Shown: positions 39,205 through 53,253, numbered from the stretch's first letter. The stretch is 64,000 nt of DNA from Octopus vulgaris (GCA_951406725.2 OX597829.1:50592001-50656000); one strand, 5' to 3'. Program-made: numbers and translations. Notes: generated from the letters alone by a model not told the origin.

Positions 39205-39612
39205 TATAAAATAAACTATAAAAGATAAACAAATTGTATTTAACATTGAAATCAACACACTTTTGAAGCAGTTTGATATTCATTAATTCACTTCAAATTT
39301 TAAAAATATATCCTACTGTATTGTGTATACAGTATAATGTTTTTAGGATGAAAATTGAATGAAGAAAAATAAAGAACATGATTTTATTTAACAGATACAG
39401 GTACAAATTAATACACTTCTAGAGCAGGATCTGTTTGATATCAATTTAAATTCTTCAAATTTATCATATTTTATCATGATAGCAATATAATGTTTATAGG
39501 ATGAAAATTAAATGAAGAAATGTAACAGATACAGGTACAAATTAACACATTTCTAAAATAGAGTTATTTTTGATATTTATCAATCCACTTAAAATTCTAA
39601 AAATATATCATA

Positions 39613-40004
39613 CTAGCAGTATCGCCCGGCGTTGCTCAGGTTTGTTTAGACCCTTTAGAATTAGAATTTTTGAAAAGTAAAACTTTTGCATTATGTAGCT
39701 TGTTAATCCCTTTAAGTGAACATTTTTCTGGTTGAAATACACTGAAAAATGGCGATAGGGCAGTCAAAAAATTGTAAAAAATAGGGATTTTCATAGAAAA
39801 AAAGCACTTTTTTGATGTAAATAATTTTTGGTGTTAACATGGTCCGATTTGAATTTTTTCTTCAACCGAAAAAAGAGCAAGCCTTCTTCTATCATACTCT
39901 CAATTTTGGTCAACTTGCACCGCAGGGTCTCGGAGGAGATAGTGTTAGTTGAAGGCTACCAAACCTGCCATATACAGACAACTTCAGCTTTATTTAGAGA
40001 GAGA
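39613..40004 (-). mobile_element. Non-autonomous Helitron, same 3' end but different body
   Basis: CTAGCAGTATCGCCCGGCGTTGCTC on the plus strand; TCTCTCTCTAAATAAAG start on the minus strand. Confidence 0.78.
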
Positions 40005-40087
40005 TTGTACTATTTATAGATTATAATGTTTATAGGATGAAAATTAAACAAAAAAAGGTAAAGAACATGATTTTATTTAAACAGATA

Positions 40088-40500
40088 CTCTTTACTCTTT
40101 TACTTGTTTCAGTCATTTAACTGCGGCCATGCTGGAGCATCGCCTTTAGTTGAGCAAATCAACCCCAGAACTTATTCTTTGGAAGCCTAGTACTTATTCT
40201 ATCGGACTCTTTTGCCGAACTGCTAAGTTACGGGGACGTAAACACACCACCATCAGCTGTCAAGCGATGTTGGAGGGGACAAACACAGACACACAAACAT
40301 ATACATACACACACATGCATACATATATATACATATGCAACAGGCTTCTTCCAGTTTCCGTCTACCAAATCCACTCACAAGGCTTTGGTCAACCCAAGGC
40401 TATAGTAGAGGACACTTGCCGAAGGTGCCAGACAGTAGGACTGAACCTGGAACCATGTGGTTGGTAAGCAAGCTACTTACCACACAGCCACTCCTGCACC
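40088..40500 (-). mobile_element. SINE A
   Basis: Full-length reverse copy. Confidence 0.9.
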
Positions 40501-40885
40501 TATATACAGGTACAAATTAAATAAAGGTACTAATTAATTAAAGCAGAGCATTTTTAATTGCTCTTGGTCATCTTCAAAAAGTATAGAAAAATATCTATTT
40601 TTAAGATATTGTATGCAAATTAACCAACTTCGAAAACATGTTGCGTTTACTCCATACAGGGTACAGTGCAAATTGCACCGTATTTTGGTGAACATATTTT
40701 TGAAAGATGACGTTGAAGGAATCCACTAATTTTCATCTGAAGACATTTCTATTTCTGGCATTTAGAAAACCAGAATAAAGTGACTGTGTGACAAAGTACA
40801 GCTAGCCCATGAAATACGAAAATAGCCAGATTTTTGGTAATTCTCAATTTCTGGATGCTGGATATAAAATCTAGTACTGTGTGTG

Positions 40886-40932
<47 letters not shown>

Positions 40933-41138
40933 ATTTTGACAGTATGTGATGGTTGTAAATGAGCATCATTGTTATACAAGTGAAGTTGTTTTGTTTCCAA
41001 TCTTCCACAAAAACATGTCTAGCCATGGGGAAATATTACTTTGCTTAGAAACAGATAAAAGTTGGTGACAGGAAGTGATTCTGGCCATTAAAAAAATCTG
41101 CCTTGACGAATTCTGTCCCACCCATGCAAGCATGGAAA

Positions 41139-41170
<32 letters not shown>

Positions 41171-41194
41171 ATGGTGGTGGTGATGGTGTACTAG

Positions 41195-41225
<31 letters not shown>

Positions 41226-41460
41226 GGTGGTGGAGGTGGTGCTTGTTACAGTGATGATGATGACGATGATGATGATTGATGATAATGATGGTGGTGGTGG
41301 TTGTGGCAGCAGCGGCAGTGATAGTGGTGGTGGCAGCGGTAGCGATGGTGATGACAATGACGATCATGATGATGGGGGGGAGGAGGAGGACAACGATGAC
41401 GATGACAATGATGATGATGGTGGTGGTGGTGGTGGTGGTGGTGATGATGATGATGACTAC
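41139..41460. repeat. (GAT)/(GGT) low-complexity tract
   Basis: Direct reading; follows an RTE-like 3' tail. Confidence 0.85.
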
Positions 41461-41678
41461 TTTAAAGTGGCAGTATCATTCTGAAATCTTTAATCTCACT
41501 TTGAAGTAAATTTCACTCACTTAGAATTACAAAATGCTGTGAACAGTGGTTGTCTTAATTATAACAAAACAAAACAAAAAATTGTATGCGACTGAAACTA
41601 CAGACCGTTTTTAGATTAAGCATTGAGCATTCCTAACCACTATTGCACTTGAAGTCAAAACAATTATACAAAAAAAAT

Positions 41679-42091
41679 GAGCAGGAGTGGCTGTGTGGTA
41701 AGTAGTTTGCTAACCAACCACATGGTTCCGGGTTCAGTCCCACTGCGTGGCATCTTGGGCAAGTGTCTTCTGCTATAGCCCCGGGCTGACCAATGCCTTG
41801 TGAGTGGATTTGGTAGACAGAAACTGAAAGAAGCCTGTCGTATATATGTATATGTATATATATGTATGTGTGTATATATGTTTGTGTGTCTGTGTTTGTC
41901 CCCCTAGCATTGCTTGACATCCGATGCTGGTGTGTTTACGTCCCCGTCACTTAGCGGTTCGGCAAAAAGAGACCGATAGAATAAGTACTGGGCTTACAAA
42001 GAATAAGTCCCAGGGTCGATTTGCTCGACTAAAGGCGGTGCTCCAGCATGGCCGCAGTCAAATGACTGAAACAAGTAAAAGAGTAAAAGAG
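41679..42091 (+). mobile_element. SINE A
   Basis: Near-identical to 508-907 and 57485-57899. Confidence 0.92.
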
Positions 42092-42225
42092 CCAACCCAA
42101 ACAATGAAAGATTCAAGGGATGTCTTATAAAAAGCAAGAATATGATCTTACTGTGAGAGTTTTATTTATTTTTGTAAATTTCTATGTTTTTTATAAAGTT
42201 TTGCATGCATACATCTAATCGATTT

Positions 42226-42694
42226 GGGTAAAGACCCCTTTCAGTCATGAATGACCATGGGATTGCACCTAAAATGTTTCCCTCCAAGGAACAAATCCAG
42301 GCAAGGTTTTTTATGGAAGACCAGCAGTCGCCCATGCATACCTATTTCTTTATTACCCATAAGGGGCTAAACACAGAGGGGACAAACAAGGACAGACATA
42401 GGTATTAAATCGATTACATCGACCCCAGTGCGCGCATAACTGGTACTTTATTTATCGACCCCGAAAGGATGAAAGGCAAAGTCGACCTCGGCGGAATTTG
42501 AACTCAGAACGTAACGGCAGACGAAATACCACTAAGCATTTCGCCCGGCGTGCTAACGTTTCTGCCAGCTCGCCGCCATGCATGCCGGCCTCCCCTCTCC
42601 ATGCCACTGATGTTATCCAAGGGAAAGGCAAAGGGGCTGATACAACTTGGTACCAATGACATTGCGACTCGTTTCTACAGCTGAGTGAACTGGA
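42226..42694 (-). mobile_element. SINE family D 3' part with a nested SINE B (42343-42577, minus strand)
   Basis: Matches 42781-43130; the nested SINE B is flanked by ATGCAT(A/G)CC. Confidence 0.85.
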
Positions 42695-42736
42695 CCTCAG
42701 GAACATAACACACAGTCCAGTTCAGAAATATATATA

Positions 42737-42780
<44 letters not shown>

Positions 42781-43130
42781 GGGTAAAGGGTAAAGACTTC
42801 ATTCAGTCATGAATGACCATGGGATTGCACCTAGAAAGTTACCCTCTGAGACACAACTCTGGGCAAGGTTGTTTTATAGAAGACCAGCGGTCACCCATGC
42901 ATACCAGCCCTCTCTTCTCCACACTACCAATGTTATCCAAAGGAAAGGCAAAGACTGATACAACTTGGCACCAGTGACGTCACAACTCATTTCTACAACT
43001 GAGTGAACTGGAACAACATGAAATAAAGTGTCTTGCTCAAGAGCACAACACACAGCTCGGTCTGAGATTCAAACTCACTTCCTCATGATTGTGAGCCTGA
43101 CACTCTTACCACTGAGTCATGCACCTTCAC
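42781..43130 (-). mobile_element. tRNA-derived SINE family D, full length, (TTTACCC)n tail
   Basis: Head GCATGACTCAGTGGTAAG...GTTTGAATC and core CTTGAGCAAGACACTT. Confidence 0.85.
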
Positions 43131-45264
43131 TACTTTTTCACCTCTCATTATTAAGAGCCCCTTCATTCCTTTGGAGTAGATTTTAACTTTCATCCTTTCA
43201 GAGTCTATGAAATAAGAACCATTCAAGTACTGGGCTTAATGTAATTGACAAACCCCAACCCCTAAAAAAAAAACAAAAAAAAAAAAACAAGAAAAAGAAC
43301 TGCTGGCCCTGTGCCAAAATTTGAAATTAAATTAAAGAGTCCCTCCCTTCAGCAAGATACAGCAGTATTAATAATATAACATCAACACTTAGTCACAAAA
43401 TCTTTCAGAGTCTCCATATGAGCACTTGATTAGCTAGAAATAGCAACCAAATCCTCTTTCAGTCATCACAGACTACTATCATTAAACAAAAAAAGAAAAA
43501 AAAAACTAGGACACATTAGATGATGTAGTCCGAGATAAACTATGTCAGAAAAGATTGATTAGTCAATGGTTGGCGTGTCTTTGATCATAGGTCAACTTGA
43601 CCACTGCTAACTTTGAGGGTTAAAACAACAGCAGAAACAACGTTTGTAGGCAGACATTAATAAAAATAACTATAAAACAGAGTTTGTTTATGCCCCACCC
43701 TTGGCTTACATTTGCAATTTAAAACTTAAGAGTGAAATATAAAAAAAAATATTTGTTCAAAGGAATTTTTCTGTAAACAAAATGTTAATTGCAAATATCG
43801 TTATGATTTAAAAGTTCTCATAAACTGCAGCCACTTTCTTCTTTTTGTTTTCCTTATTTAATTTTGTGGTTTTTCTGTCTTTCAAGTTTTCCGAGTTTTG
43901 AAGAACATTAAACATTTTCAAATTAACAACTGATGCCAAGCAAATTCAGTTTTGAATCACTACTCAAAAATGCGACACACGACATCAATCATATTTTTTA
44001 AAAAATTATTTTTTTAAATCCATGAAGATTTTCCTTTAAATTTTAATGTAAAGCAGACTCATAGCATTTTTCTGTGAGAATTTTACAATGAAAACAAAAT
44101 TTAAAATGATAAATTTTTAAACTAAAAGCTCTAAATGCAATTGTGGACATCCTTTTGAACAAATTCTTGTAAAAAAAAAAAAATAAAAGATAAATAAAAA
44201 ATACTTCCGGTATTTATTTTCCATATTTTCTGGTAAATTGTTTGATTTTTTTAAAATTTAATTTTTTTTTTAATTTTTAGTCTTGAGAATATTATAAAAT
44301 AAAATTAAATGTCAGATGTTAATATCATCATTAGTAACATTGAAAAAAAAAAATCATTGAAAAAAAATATTTTTAAGAAACCAGAAGAGTAAAAATACTT
44401 GGTAGGAGTCTAGATAACTGTTTGGTTGGGTTCAGTTTTATTGTTACCATGTGTGTTACGATTATTGTAGTTTAAGCCCCAGGACAATTGTTTAATCCCA
44501 AGGTAGCGATAAAGAAGACCTAATGATCAAAAATGATTCTGGTTTTCTTTGTTGCATGTTGTTGTTATTTAGATTAAGGTTATGCTTAAATGAGTATTTA
44601 CTGCTTTACATCGTTTTTGTAGAAGCTTTTTTTCTTTTTTTTTTTCTTTTTTTTGTACTCATGAGAGATTTAGGGATTAGGAGAGAACGACACTTTCAGA
44701 TGCTTTCTGTTCATTGTGTCTGGTGTCTGTTCCATTCTGAGTTGCTGTCATTGACTTTATTTCTTGGTCTATATATATAAGCCACATTGTCATTCCTCTC
44801 TTGAGACTTTCTCTGTCATAACAATAAATGTTCTATCTATGACCATCCATTCTAATTTTGAGGCATAATGTGGTGTTTAAGATTTAATTTTCCTATACAT
44901 TGTTTTCTTTGTTAATTCACAAGGGAAAAAAATAGTTCGATGGAGATTTAGCTACTAATTCTAGCTGGCCAAATAACTGTGCAAATGGACAAATCTTTTT
45001 TTTTTTTTTTTCTGGTTCAATGTTTTCCAGAGTGAGGAGAGACAAGAAATCATAGGATTCTATGTAAAACAAAATCTGGGATTTTATGATATCAGGTATT
45101 TTAATAAAATTTAATAATAAAAGGGATATACATTTTCAAAATATGCTTGCTGTTACACACACACACACACACATGCACACCACAACTATATATATGTATG
45201 CATATATGTAAGTATACATATATTTATATATACGCATATGCACTCACATGTGTGAGTGTGTGTT

Positions 45265-45324
<60 letters not shown>

Positions 45325-46008
45325 TGTATGAATAAATTATATCTGGAAGCCAAGCTACTGGAATGTTTTATGTATTTTCAGAATTCAATTAATGGTTTTT
45401 AATTACATTTCCCTAATTAACCTAAATCCTTTTGATGTTTAGCTCTTTTTTTTTTATGAAGCTCAGCTTTTAAAGATTGGTGCTCAAGAAGTTAATTACA
45501 TATCTATTTCCCCAACAATTATACAGGTCTAAATATGAATTTTTAGTCAGGTACAAAGTTACCTGTAGATTTCACTTTAACTTGGTAAAGATTTTTTTTT
45601 TTGTTTGTGGCGGTGGGGAGGGTTATTTTTAACAGTAAATGAAGGTGTGCCTGTGTGGTTAAGAAGCTTGTTTTACATCTATGTGGTTTTAGATTCAGGT
45701 TCCATTATACAGCATCTTGGGCAGGTGTCCTCTGGGAACTGTTAGGAAGCCTGTCATATATATATATCATCATCATCATCATCATCATTTAACGTCTGTT
45801 TTCCATGTGAGCATGGGTTGGACAGTTTTGACTGAGGGCTGGCAACCAGATGGCTGCACCAGGCTCCAGTCTTGATCTGGCAGAGTTTCTACAGCTGGAT
45901 GCCCTTCCTAATGCCAACCACTCCAAGAGTGTAGTGGGTGCTTTTTACATGCCACCGGCACATATATATATATATAGGCGGAGTGCCACCTGCACGCATA
46001 TATATATA

Positions 46009-46399
46009 GGCAGAGTGGCTGTGTGGTAAGTAGTTTGCTTACCAACCACGGGGTTCTGGGTTCAGTCCCACTGCGTGGCACTTTGGGCAAGTGTCTTCTA
46101 CCACAGCCTAGGGCCGACCAAAGCCTTGCGAGTGGATTTGGTAGATGGAAACTGAAAGAAGCCTGTCGTATATATGTATATGTGTGTGTATGTCTGTGTT
46201 TGATCCTCCAGTATCGCTTGACAACTGATGATGGTGTGTTTACATCCCCGTAACTTAGCAGTTTGGCAAAGGTGACTGATAGAATAAGTACTAGGCTTAC
46301 AAAGAATAAGTCCCGGGGTCGATTTGTTCGACTAAAGGTGGTGCTCCAGCATGGCCACAGTCAAATGACTGAAGCAAAAAAAAGAAAAGAGTAAAAGAA
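46009..46399 (+). mobile_element. SINE A
   Basis: Family A match. Confidence 0.9.
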
Positions 46400-47311
46400 T
46401 ATATATGCACACACACACACATACACACATATATATACATATATATAACCACACATATATATATATTCACATATTCTCACATATATAAAGTATCCTTTTT
46501 TAAAACCTTCATATTCTTCTCAACCTCTCAGTTCCCATTCTCTTTATCTGCATAAATTAACTTTTCCCCTCAATTTATTATCACAACCTTTTTTCCAATA
46601 ACATTCTCTTTTATATCCTCTTTAGAATCCCCTTCTCTCCATTCTACAATAATCACAACTTCCATATATCATTTCTTAATCATTTCATTCTCCTCCTCTC
46701 TTCCTTTTTACTTATTCTCTCCTGCTCAACTGCTTTTTCTAACTTTTCCTCAACCGACACCAGTTCCAATTTTTTTGGTCTCATTCACTACACCACTTTC
46801 TCCCCCATTTCTCCCCATTTTTTTCTGCTTCCACACCTCCCTTTCAACTTTACCACATTCACATTCCACTCCACTCACCCCCAGCCAGACACATGTACCC
46901 CCACGTGACTCACCACCCCTATGATCAAATCTTTATACTGATACTTACGTTTATATGCACACAACTTTCCATCATTTCATGGTTTCTTAACACCTCCTGT
47001 AGAACTACGTTTCCACAAGACGCCAAACTTTTCCCCCATTTTCACCACAGTTTTCTTTCTTCTTTTTTTTTTTGATGAGGAACTCCATGTCCAAAACGTC
47101 AAAGAACCAATTCCTTTTACATTTTTCTTTTCAAGAATGAAATGTGTAACATCTTCGTAAAAACTTGTTCTCATGTTGTGGGTTTCTTATTTTTATTTAT
47201 TCATCATGTATGTTGGTGCCCTTGCATGGCATCAACCTCAAGTTTGAACATATAAAAGATTAGAATACATGTGTGCGTGTGTGTCTTTGTACATCACCAT
47301 AACTTGACAAC

Positions 47312-50300
47312 TGGCCACAGTCCAATGACTGAAACAAGTAAAAGATAAAAGATATACTGGGATTGATTTGCTCAACTAAAACCCTTCAAGGTGGTGCCCC
47401 AGCATGGCCACAGTCCAATGACTGAAACAAGTAAAAGATAAAAGATATACTGGGATTGATTTGTTCAACTAAAACCCTTCAAGGTGGTGCCCCAGCATGG
47501 CCACAGGCCAATGACTGAAACAAGTAAAAGATAAAAGATATACTGGGATTGATTTGTTCAACTAAAACCCTTCAAGGTGGTGCCCCAGCATGGCCACAGT
47601 CCAATGACTGAAACAAGTAAAAGATAAAAGATATACTGGGATTGATTTGTTCAACTAAAACCCTTCAATGTGGTGCCCCAGCATGGCCACAGTCCAATGA
47701 CTGAATCAAGTAAAAGATAAAAGATATACTGGGATTGATTTGTTCAACTAAAACCCTTCAAGGTGGTGCCCCAGCATGGCCACAGTCCAATGACTGAAAC
47801 AAGTAAAAGATAAAAGATATACTGGGATTGATTTGTTCAACTAAAACCCTTCAAGTGGTGCCCCAGCATGGCCACAGTCCAATGAGTGAATCAAGTAAAA
47901 GATAAAAGATATACTGGGATTGATTTGTTCAACTAAAACCCTTCAAGGTGGTGCCCCAGCATGGCCACAGTCCAATGACTGAAACAAGTAAAAGATAAAA
48001 GATATACTGGGATTGATTTGTTCAACTAAAACCCTTCAAGGTGGTGCCCCAGCATGGCCACAGTCCAATGACTGAAACAAGTAAAAGATAAAAGATATAC
48101 TGGGATTGATTTGTTCAACTAAAACCCTTCAAGGTGGTGCCCCAGCATGGCCACAGTCCAATGACTGAAACAAGTAAAAGATAAAAGATATACTGGGATT
48201 GATTTGTTCAACTAAAACCCTTCAAGGTGGTGCCCCAGCATGGCCACAGGCCAATGACTGAAACAAGTAAAAGATAAAAGATATACTGGGATTGATTTGT
48301 TCAACTAAAACCCTTCAAGGTGGTGCCCCAGTATGGCCACAGTCCAATGACTGAAACAAGTAAAAGATAAAAGATATACTGGGATTGATTTGTTCAACTA
48401 AAACCCTTCAAGGTGGTGCCCCAGCATGGCCACAGTCCAATGACTGAAACAAGTAAAAGATAAAAGATATACTGGGATTGATTTGTTCAACTAAAACCCT
48501 TCAAGATGGTGCCCCAGCATGGCCACAGGCCAATGACTGAAACAAGTAAAAGATAAATGATATACTGGGATTGATTTGTTCAACTAAAACCCTTCAAGGT
48601 GGTGCCCCAGCATGGCCACAGCCCAATGACTGAAACAAGTAATAGATAAAAGATATACTGGGATTGATTTGTTCAACTAAAACCCTTCAAGATGGTGCCC
48701 CAGCATGGCCACAGTCCAATGACTGAAACAAGTAAAAGATAAAAGATATACTGGGATTGATTTGTTCAACTAAAACCCTTCAAGGTGGTGCCCCAGCATG
48801 GCCACAGTCCAATGACTGAAATAAGTAAGATAAAGAATAAGTAAAAGATAAAAGATATACTGGGATTGATTTGTTCAACTAAAACCCTTCAATGTGGTGC
48901 CCCAGCATGGCCACAGTCCAATGACTGAATCAAGTAAAAGATAAAAGATATACTGGGATTGATTTGTTCAACTAAAACCCTTCAAGGTGGTGCCCCAGCA
49001 TGGCCACAGTCCAATGACTGAAACAAGTAAAAGATAAAAGATATACTGGGATTGATTTGTTCAACTAAAACCCTTCAATGTGGTGCCCCAGCATGGCCAC
49101 AGTCCAATGAGTGAATCAAGTAAAAGATAAAAGATATACTGGGATTGATTTGTTCAACTAAAACCCTTCAAGGTGGTGCCCCAGCATGGCCACAGTCCAA
49201 TGACTGAAACAAGTAAAAGATAAAAGATATACTGGGATTGATTTGTTCAACTAAAACCCTTCAAGGTGGTGCCCCAGCATGGCCACAGTCCAATGACTGA
49301 AACAAGTAAAAGATAAAAGATATACTGGGATTGATTTGTTCAACTAAAACCCTTCAAGGTGGTGCCCCAGCATGGCCACAGTCCAATGACTGAAACAAGT
49401 AAAAGATAAAAGATATACTGGGATTGATTTGTTCAACTAAAACCCTTCAAGGTGGTGCCCCAGCATGGCCACAGTCCAATGACTGAAACAAGTAAAAGAT
49501 AAAAGATATACTGGGATTGATTTGTTCAACTAAAACCCTTCAAGGTGGTGCCCCAGCATGGCCACAGTCCAATGACTGAAACAAGTAAAAGATAAAAGAT
49601 ATACTGGGATTGATTTGTTCAACTAAAACCCTTCAAGGTGGTGCCCCAGCATGGCCACAGTCCAATGACTGAAACAAGTAAAAGATAAAAGATATACTGG
49701 GATTGATTTGTTCAACTAAAACCCTTCAAGGTGGTGCCCCAGCATGGCCACAGTCCAATGACTGAAACAAGTAAAAGATAAAAGATATACTGGGATTGAT
49801 TTGTTCAACTAAAACCCTTCAAGGTGGTGCCCCAGCATGGCCACAGTCCAATGACTGAAACAAGTAAAAGATAAAAGATATACTGGGATTGATTTGTTCA
49901 ACTAAAACCCTTCAAGGTGGTGCCCCAGCATGGCCACAGTCCAATGACTGAAACAAGTAAAAGATAAAAGATATACTGGGATTGATTTGTTCAACTAAAA
50001 CCCTTCAAGGTGGTGCCCCAGCATGGCCACAGTCCAATGACTGAAACAAGTAAAAGATAAAAGATATACTGGGATTGATTTGTTCAACTAAAACCCTTCA
50101 AGGTGGTGCCCCAGCATGGCCACAGTCCAATGACTGAAACAAGTAAAAGATAAAAGATATACTGGGATTGATTTGTTCAACTAAAACCCTTCAAGGTGGT
50201 GCCCCAGCATGGCCACAGTCCAATGACTGAAACAAGTAAAAGATAAAAGATATACTGGGATTGATTTGTTCAACTAAAACCCTTCAAGGTGGTGCCCCAG

Positions 50301-51566
50301 CATGGCCACAGTCCAATGACTGAAACAAGTAAAAGATAAAAGATATACTGGGATTGATTTGTTCAACTAAAACCCTTCAATGTGGTGCCCCAGCATGGCC
50401 ACAGTCCAATGACTGAAACAAGTAAAAGATAAAAGATATACTGGGATTGATTTGTTCAACTAAAACCCTTCAAGGTGGTGCCCCAGCATGGCCACAGTCC
50501 AATGACTGAAACAAGTAAAAGATAAAAGATATACTGGGATTGATTTGTTCAACTAAAACCCTTCAAGATGGTGCCCCAGCATGGCCACAGTCCAATGACT
50601 GAAACAAGTAAAAGATAAAAGATATACTGGGATTGATTTGTTCAACTAAAACCCTTCAAGGTGGTGCCCCAGCATGGCCACAGTCCAATGACTGAAACAA
50701 GTAAAAGATAAAAGATATACTGGGATTGATTTGTTCAACTAAAACCCTTCAAGATGGTGCCCCAGCATGGCCACAGTCCAATGACTGAAACAAGTAAAAG
50801 ATAAATGATATACTGGGATTGATTTGTTCAACTAAAACCCTTCAAGGTGGTGCCCCAGCATGGCCACAGTCCAATGACTGAAACAAGTAATAGATAAAAG
50901 ATATACTGGGATTGATTTGTTCAACTAAAACCCTTCAAGATGGTGCCCCAGCATGGCCACAGTCCAATGACTGAAACAAGTAAAAGATAAAAGATATACT
51001 GGGATTGATTTGTTCAACTAAAACCCTTCAATGTGGTGCCCCAGCATGGCCACAGTCTAAAAGCTGAGACTAGTAAAAGATGAAAAACAAAAGATATACT
51101 GGGATTGATTTGTTCAACTAAAACCCTTCAAGGTGGTGCCCCAGCATGGCCACAGTCCAATGACTGAAACAAGTAAAAGATAAAAGATATACTGAGATTG
51201 ATTTGTTCAACTAAAACCCTTCAAGGTGGTGCCCCAGCATGGCCACAGTCCAATGACTGAAACAAGTAAAAGATAAAAGATATACTGGGATTGATTTGTT
51301 CAACTAAAACCCTTCAAGGTGGTGCCCCAGCATGGCCACAGTCCAATGACTGAAACAAACAAAAGATAAAAGATATACTGGGATTGATTTGTTCAACTAA
51401 AGCCATTCAAGGTGGTGCCCCAGCATGGCCACAGTCCAATGACTGAAACAAGTAAAAGATAAAAGATATACTGGGATTGATTTGTTCAACTAAAACCCTT
51501 CAAGGTGGTGCCCCAGCATGGCCACAGTCTAAAAGCTGAGACCAATAAAAGATGAAAAACAAAAGA
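47312..51566 (+). repeat. Tandem satellite of about 45-46 copies of a 93-bp unit derived from the SINE A 3' terminus
   Basis: Unit TACTGGGATTGATTTGTTCAACTAAAACCCTTCAAGGTGGTGCCCCAGCATGGCCACAGTCCAATGACTGAAACAAGTAAAAGATAAAAGATA; AGCATGG at 47401 and 47494 gives the period; homologous to about 820-905. Confidence 0.96.
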
Positions 51567-52094
51567 CATTCAAAGAGTTTAATTTTAACTTATCTTTTGC
51601 TGTGATTACTGCTGATTAATTAATTGCTTGTTAATGGCAACTAAGAAGTTGATGAGACAAGTTTTGTGCAAACTTCTGGAATATTTTCAATATTTTGACA
51701 GACATGCTCTGACGCTTGACATAGTTTACAAATATGTTCTGTCAGCTAACATTCATGCACACACACACACACACACACAGACACACACACACGCACACAT
51801 ACACACAGACACACACACTCACACACTCACACTCACACACACATAATATATCTGTGCATGTGTGTGTGTGTCTTCAGTTTTGATGAAAATCCAAGCTTAA
51901 ATCCACACTCTAAAGTTAGGCTGATTTACTTACAAAGATGTACCAATTAGCTCCATCATCGGAATGTAGGCACAATGTCACATGAAATTGATTGAGAAGA
52001 GGATCTCACAATTAAATCTGTTCCACTTACACATTCTATTTGTAATGTGCAAGTTGGTTGGTTTCTGATGAAAATCCAAGCTTATCCACACTGT

Positions 52095-52510
52095 TAGCAG
52101 AATTTGAACTTACAAAGACAGACAAAATACTTTTCTACTTTAGGCACAGAGTCCTGAAATTAAGACAGACATATGGACCAGTCAATTAAATCGACCCCAG
52201 TATGCAAATGGTACTTTATTTATCTATCCCAAAAGGATGAAAGGCAAAGTCGAACTCAGCAGAATTTGAACTCAGAGCATAAAGACAGACAAAATACGGG
52301 GCTAAACACAGAGGGGACAAATTAAGACAGACATATGGATTAAGTCGATTACATCGACCCCAGTGCGTAACTGGTACTTAATTTATTGACCCCGAAAGGA
52401 TGAAAGGCAAAGTCGACCTCGGCGGAATTTGAACTCAGAGCATAAAGACAGACGAAATACCACTAAGCATTTCACCCAGCATACTAATGTTTCTGCCAGC
52501 TTGTCGCCTT
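52095..52510 (-). mobile_element. SINE B with tandem partial duplications
   Basis: AATTTGAACT..AAAGACAGAC occurs three times; the head GGCGACAAGCTGGCAGAA lies at the right end. Confidence 0.8.
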
Positions 52511-52862
52511 CAAGTGCACCAATTATTGTTGGTATAAATGTAAATGTAAATTTGTAATCTAGATATAGAAGCTGGAGGCTTTGAAGCAGCCATGTCCACA
52601 GTTATCTTCTTTCTCTTTGATTTTCAAAGAGATATTCACATCAGCAAGACAGCTGACATCTACGATGGTACATCCTTTTTCTTTTCTGTCCCAAATAACA
52701 ATATCTGGCCTGTTATGCTTACACTTGACAGATGCCTTGATGGAAGTATTCCTTGTTCTGATATTTGTGTACGTATTCAATAACAGGGATGATTCTCTAT
52801 ATTTATTCCAAGACAGTCTTTTTCCCAAATGGCATCGTTATATTGTTTTTGTGACAACTTCA
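52511..52862 (-). mobile_element. RLE fragment of the same Dong-like subfamily as 31277-32780
   Basis: IKASVKCKHNRPDIVIWDRKEKGCTIVDVSCLADVNISLK and IPTIIGAL. Confidence 0.85.
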
Positions 52863-52939
52863 TGTCACATAGGCCAACCAAGCCATACCGACACTGTCCA
52901 ACCCAAGCCAGCACGGACAGCAGATGTTAAACAATGATG

Positions 52940-52945
<6 letters not shown>

Positions 52946-53026
<81 letters not shown>

Positions 53027-53027
53027 G

Positions 53028-53070
<43 letters not shown>

Positions 53071-53090
53071 GTAGATAGATAGATAAGTAT

Positions 53091-53150
<60 letters not shown>

Positions 53151-53200
53151 GTAGATAGATAGATAGATAGACAGACAGATAGGTGGATGGATGGATGGAT

Positions 53201-53251
<51 letters not shown>
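52946..53251. repeat. (TA)n(GATA)n(GGAT)n(GA)n compound microsatellite
   Basis: Direct reading. Confidence 0.96.

Positions 53252-53253
<2 letters not shown>

Larger units (their letters stand above)
39240..40522. repeat. Degenerate tandem repeat of about 150-160 bp (about 3 units), split by a Helitron and a SINE
   Basis: TATAATGTTT(A/T)TAGGATGAAAATT at about 39333, 39486 and 40022; ACAGATACAGGTACAAATTAA also recurs. Confidence 0.7.

Noticed and set aside
43751-44164. Possible MITE bounded by ATTTGTTCAAAGGA / TCCTTTTGAACAAAT
   Set aside because: Short imperfect inverted repeat in very AT-rich DNA, with no clear TSD or second copy in the window.
47312-51566. CRISPR-like array
   Set aside because: No unique spacers, no cas genes, eukaryotic context, and the unit is a SINE tail.
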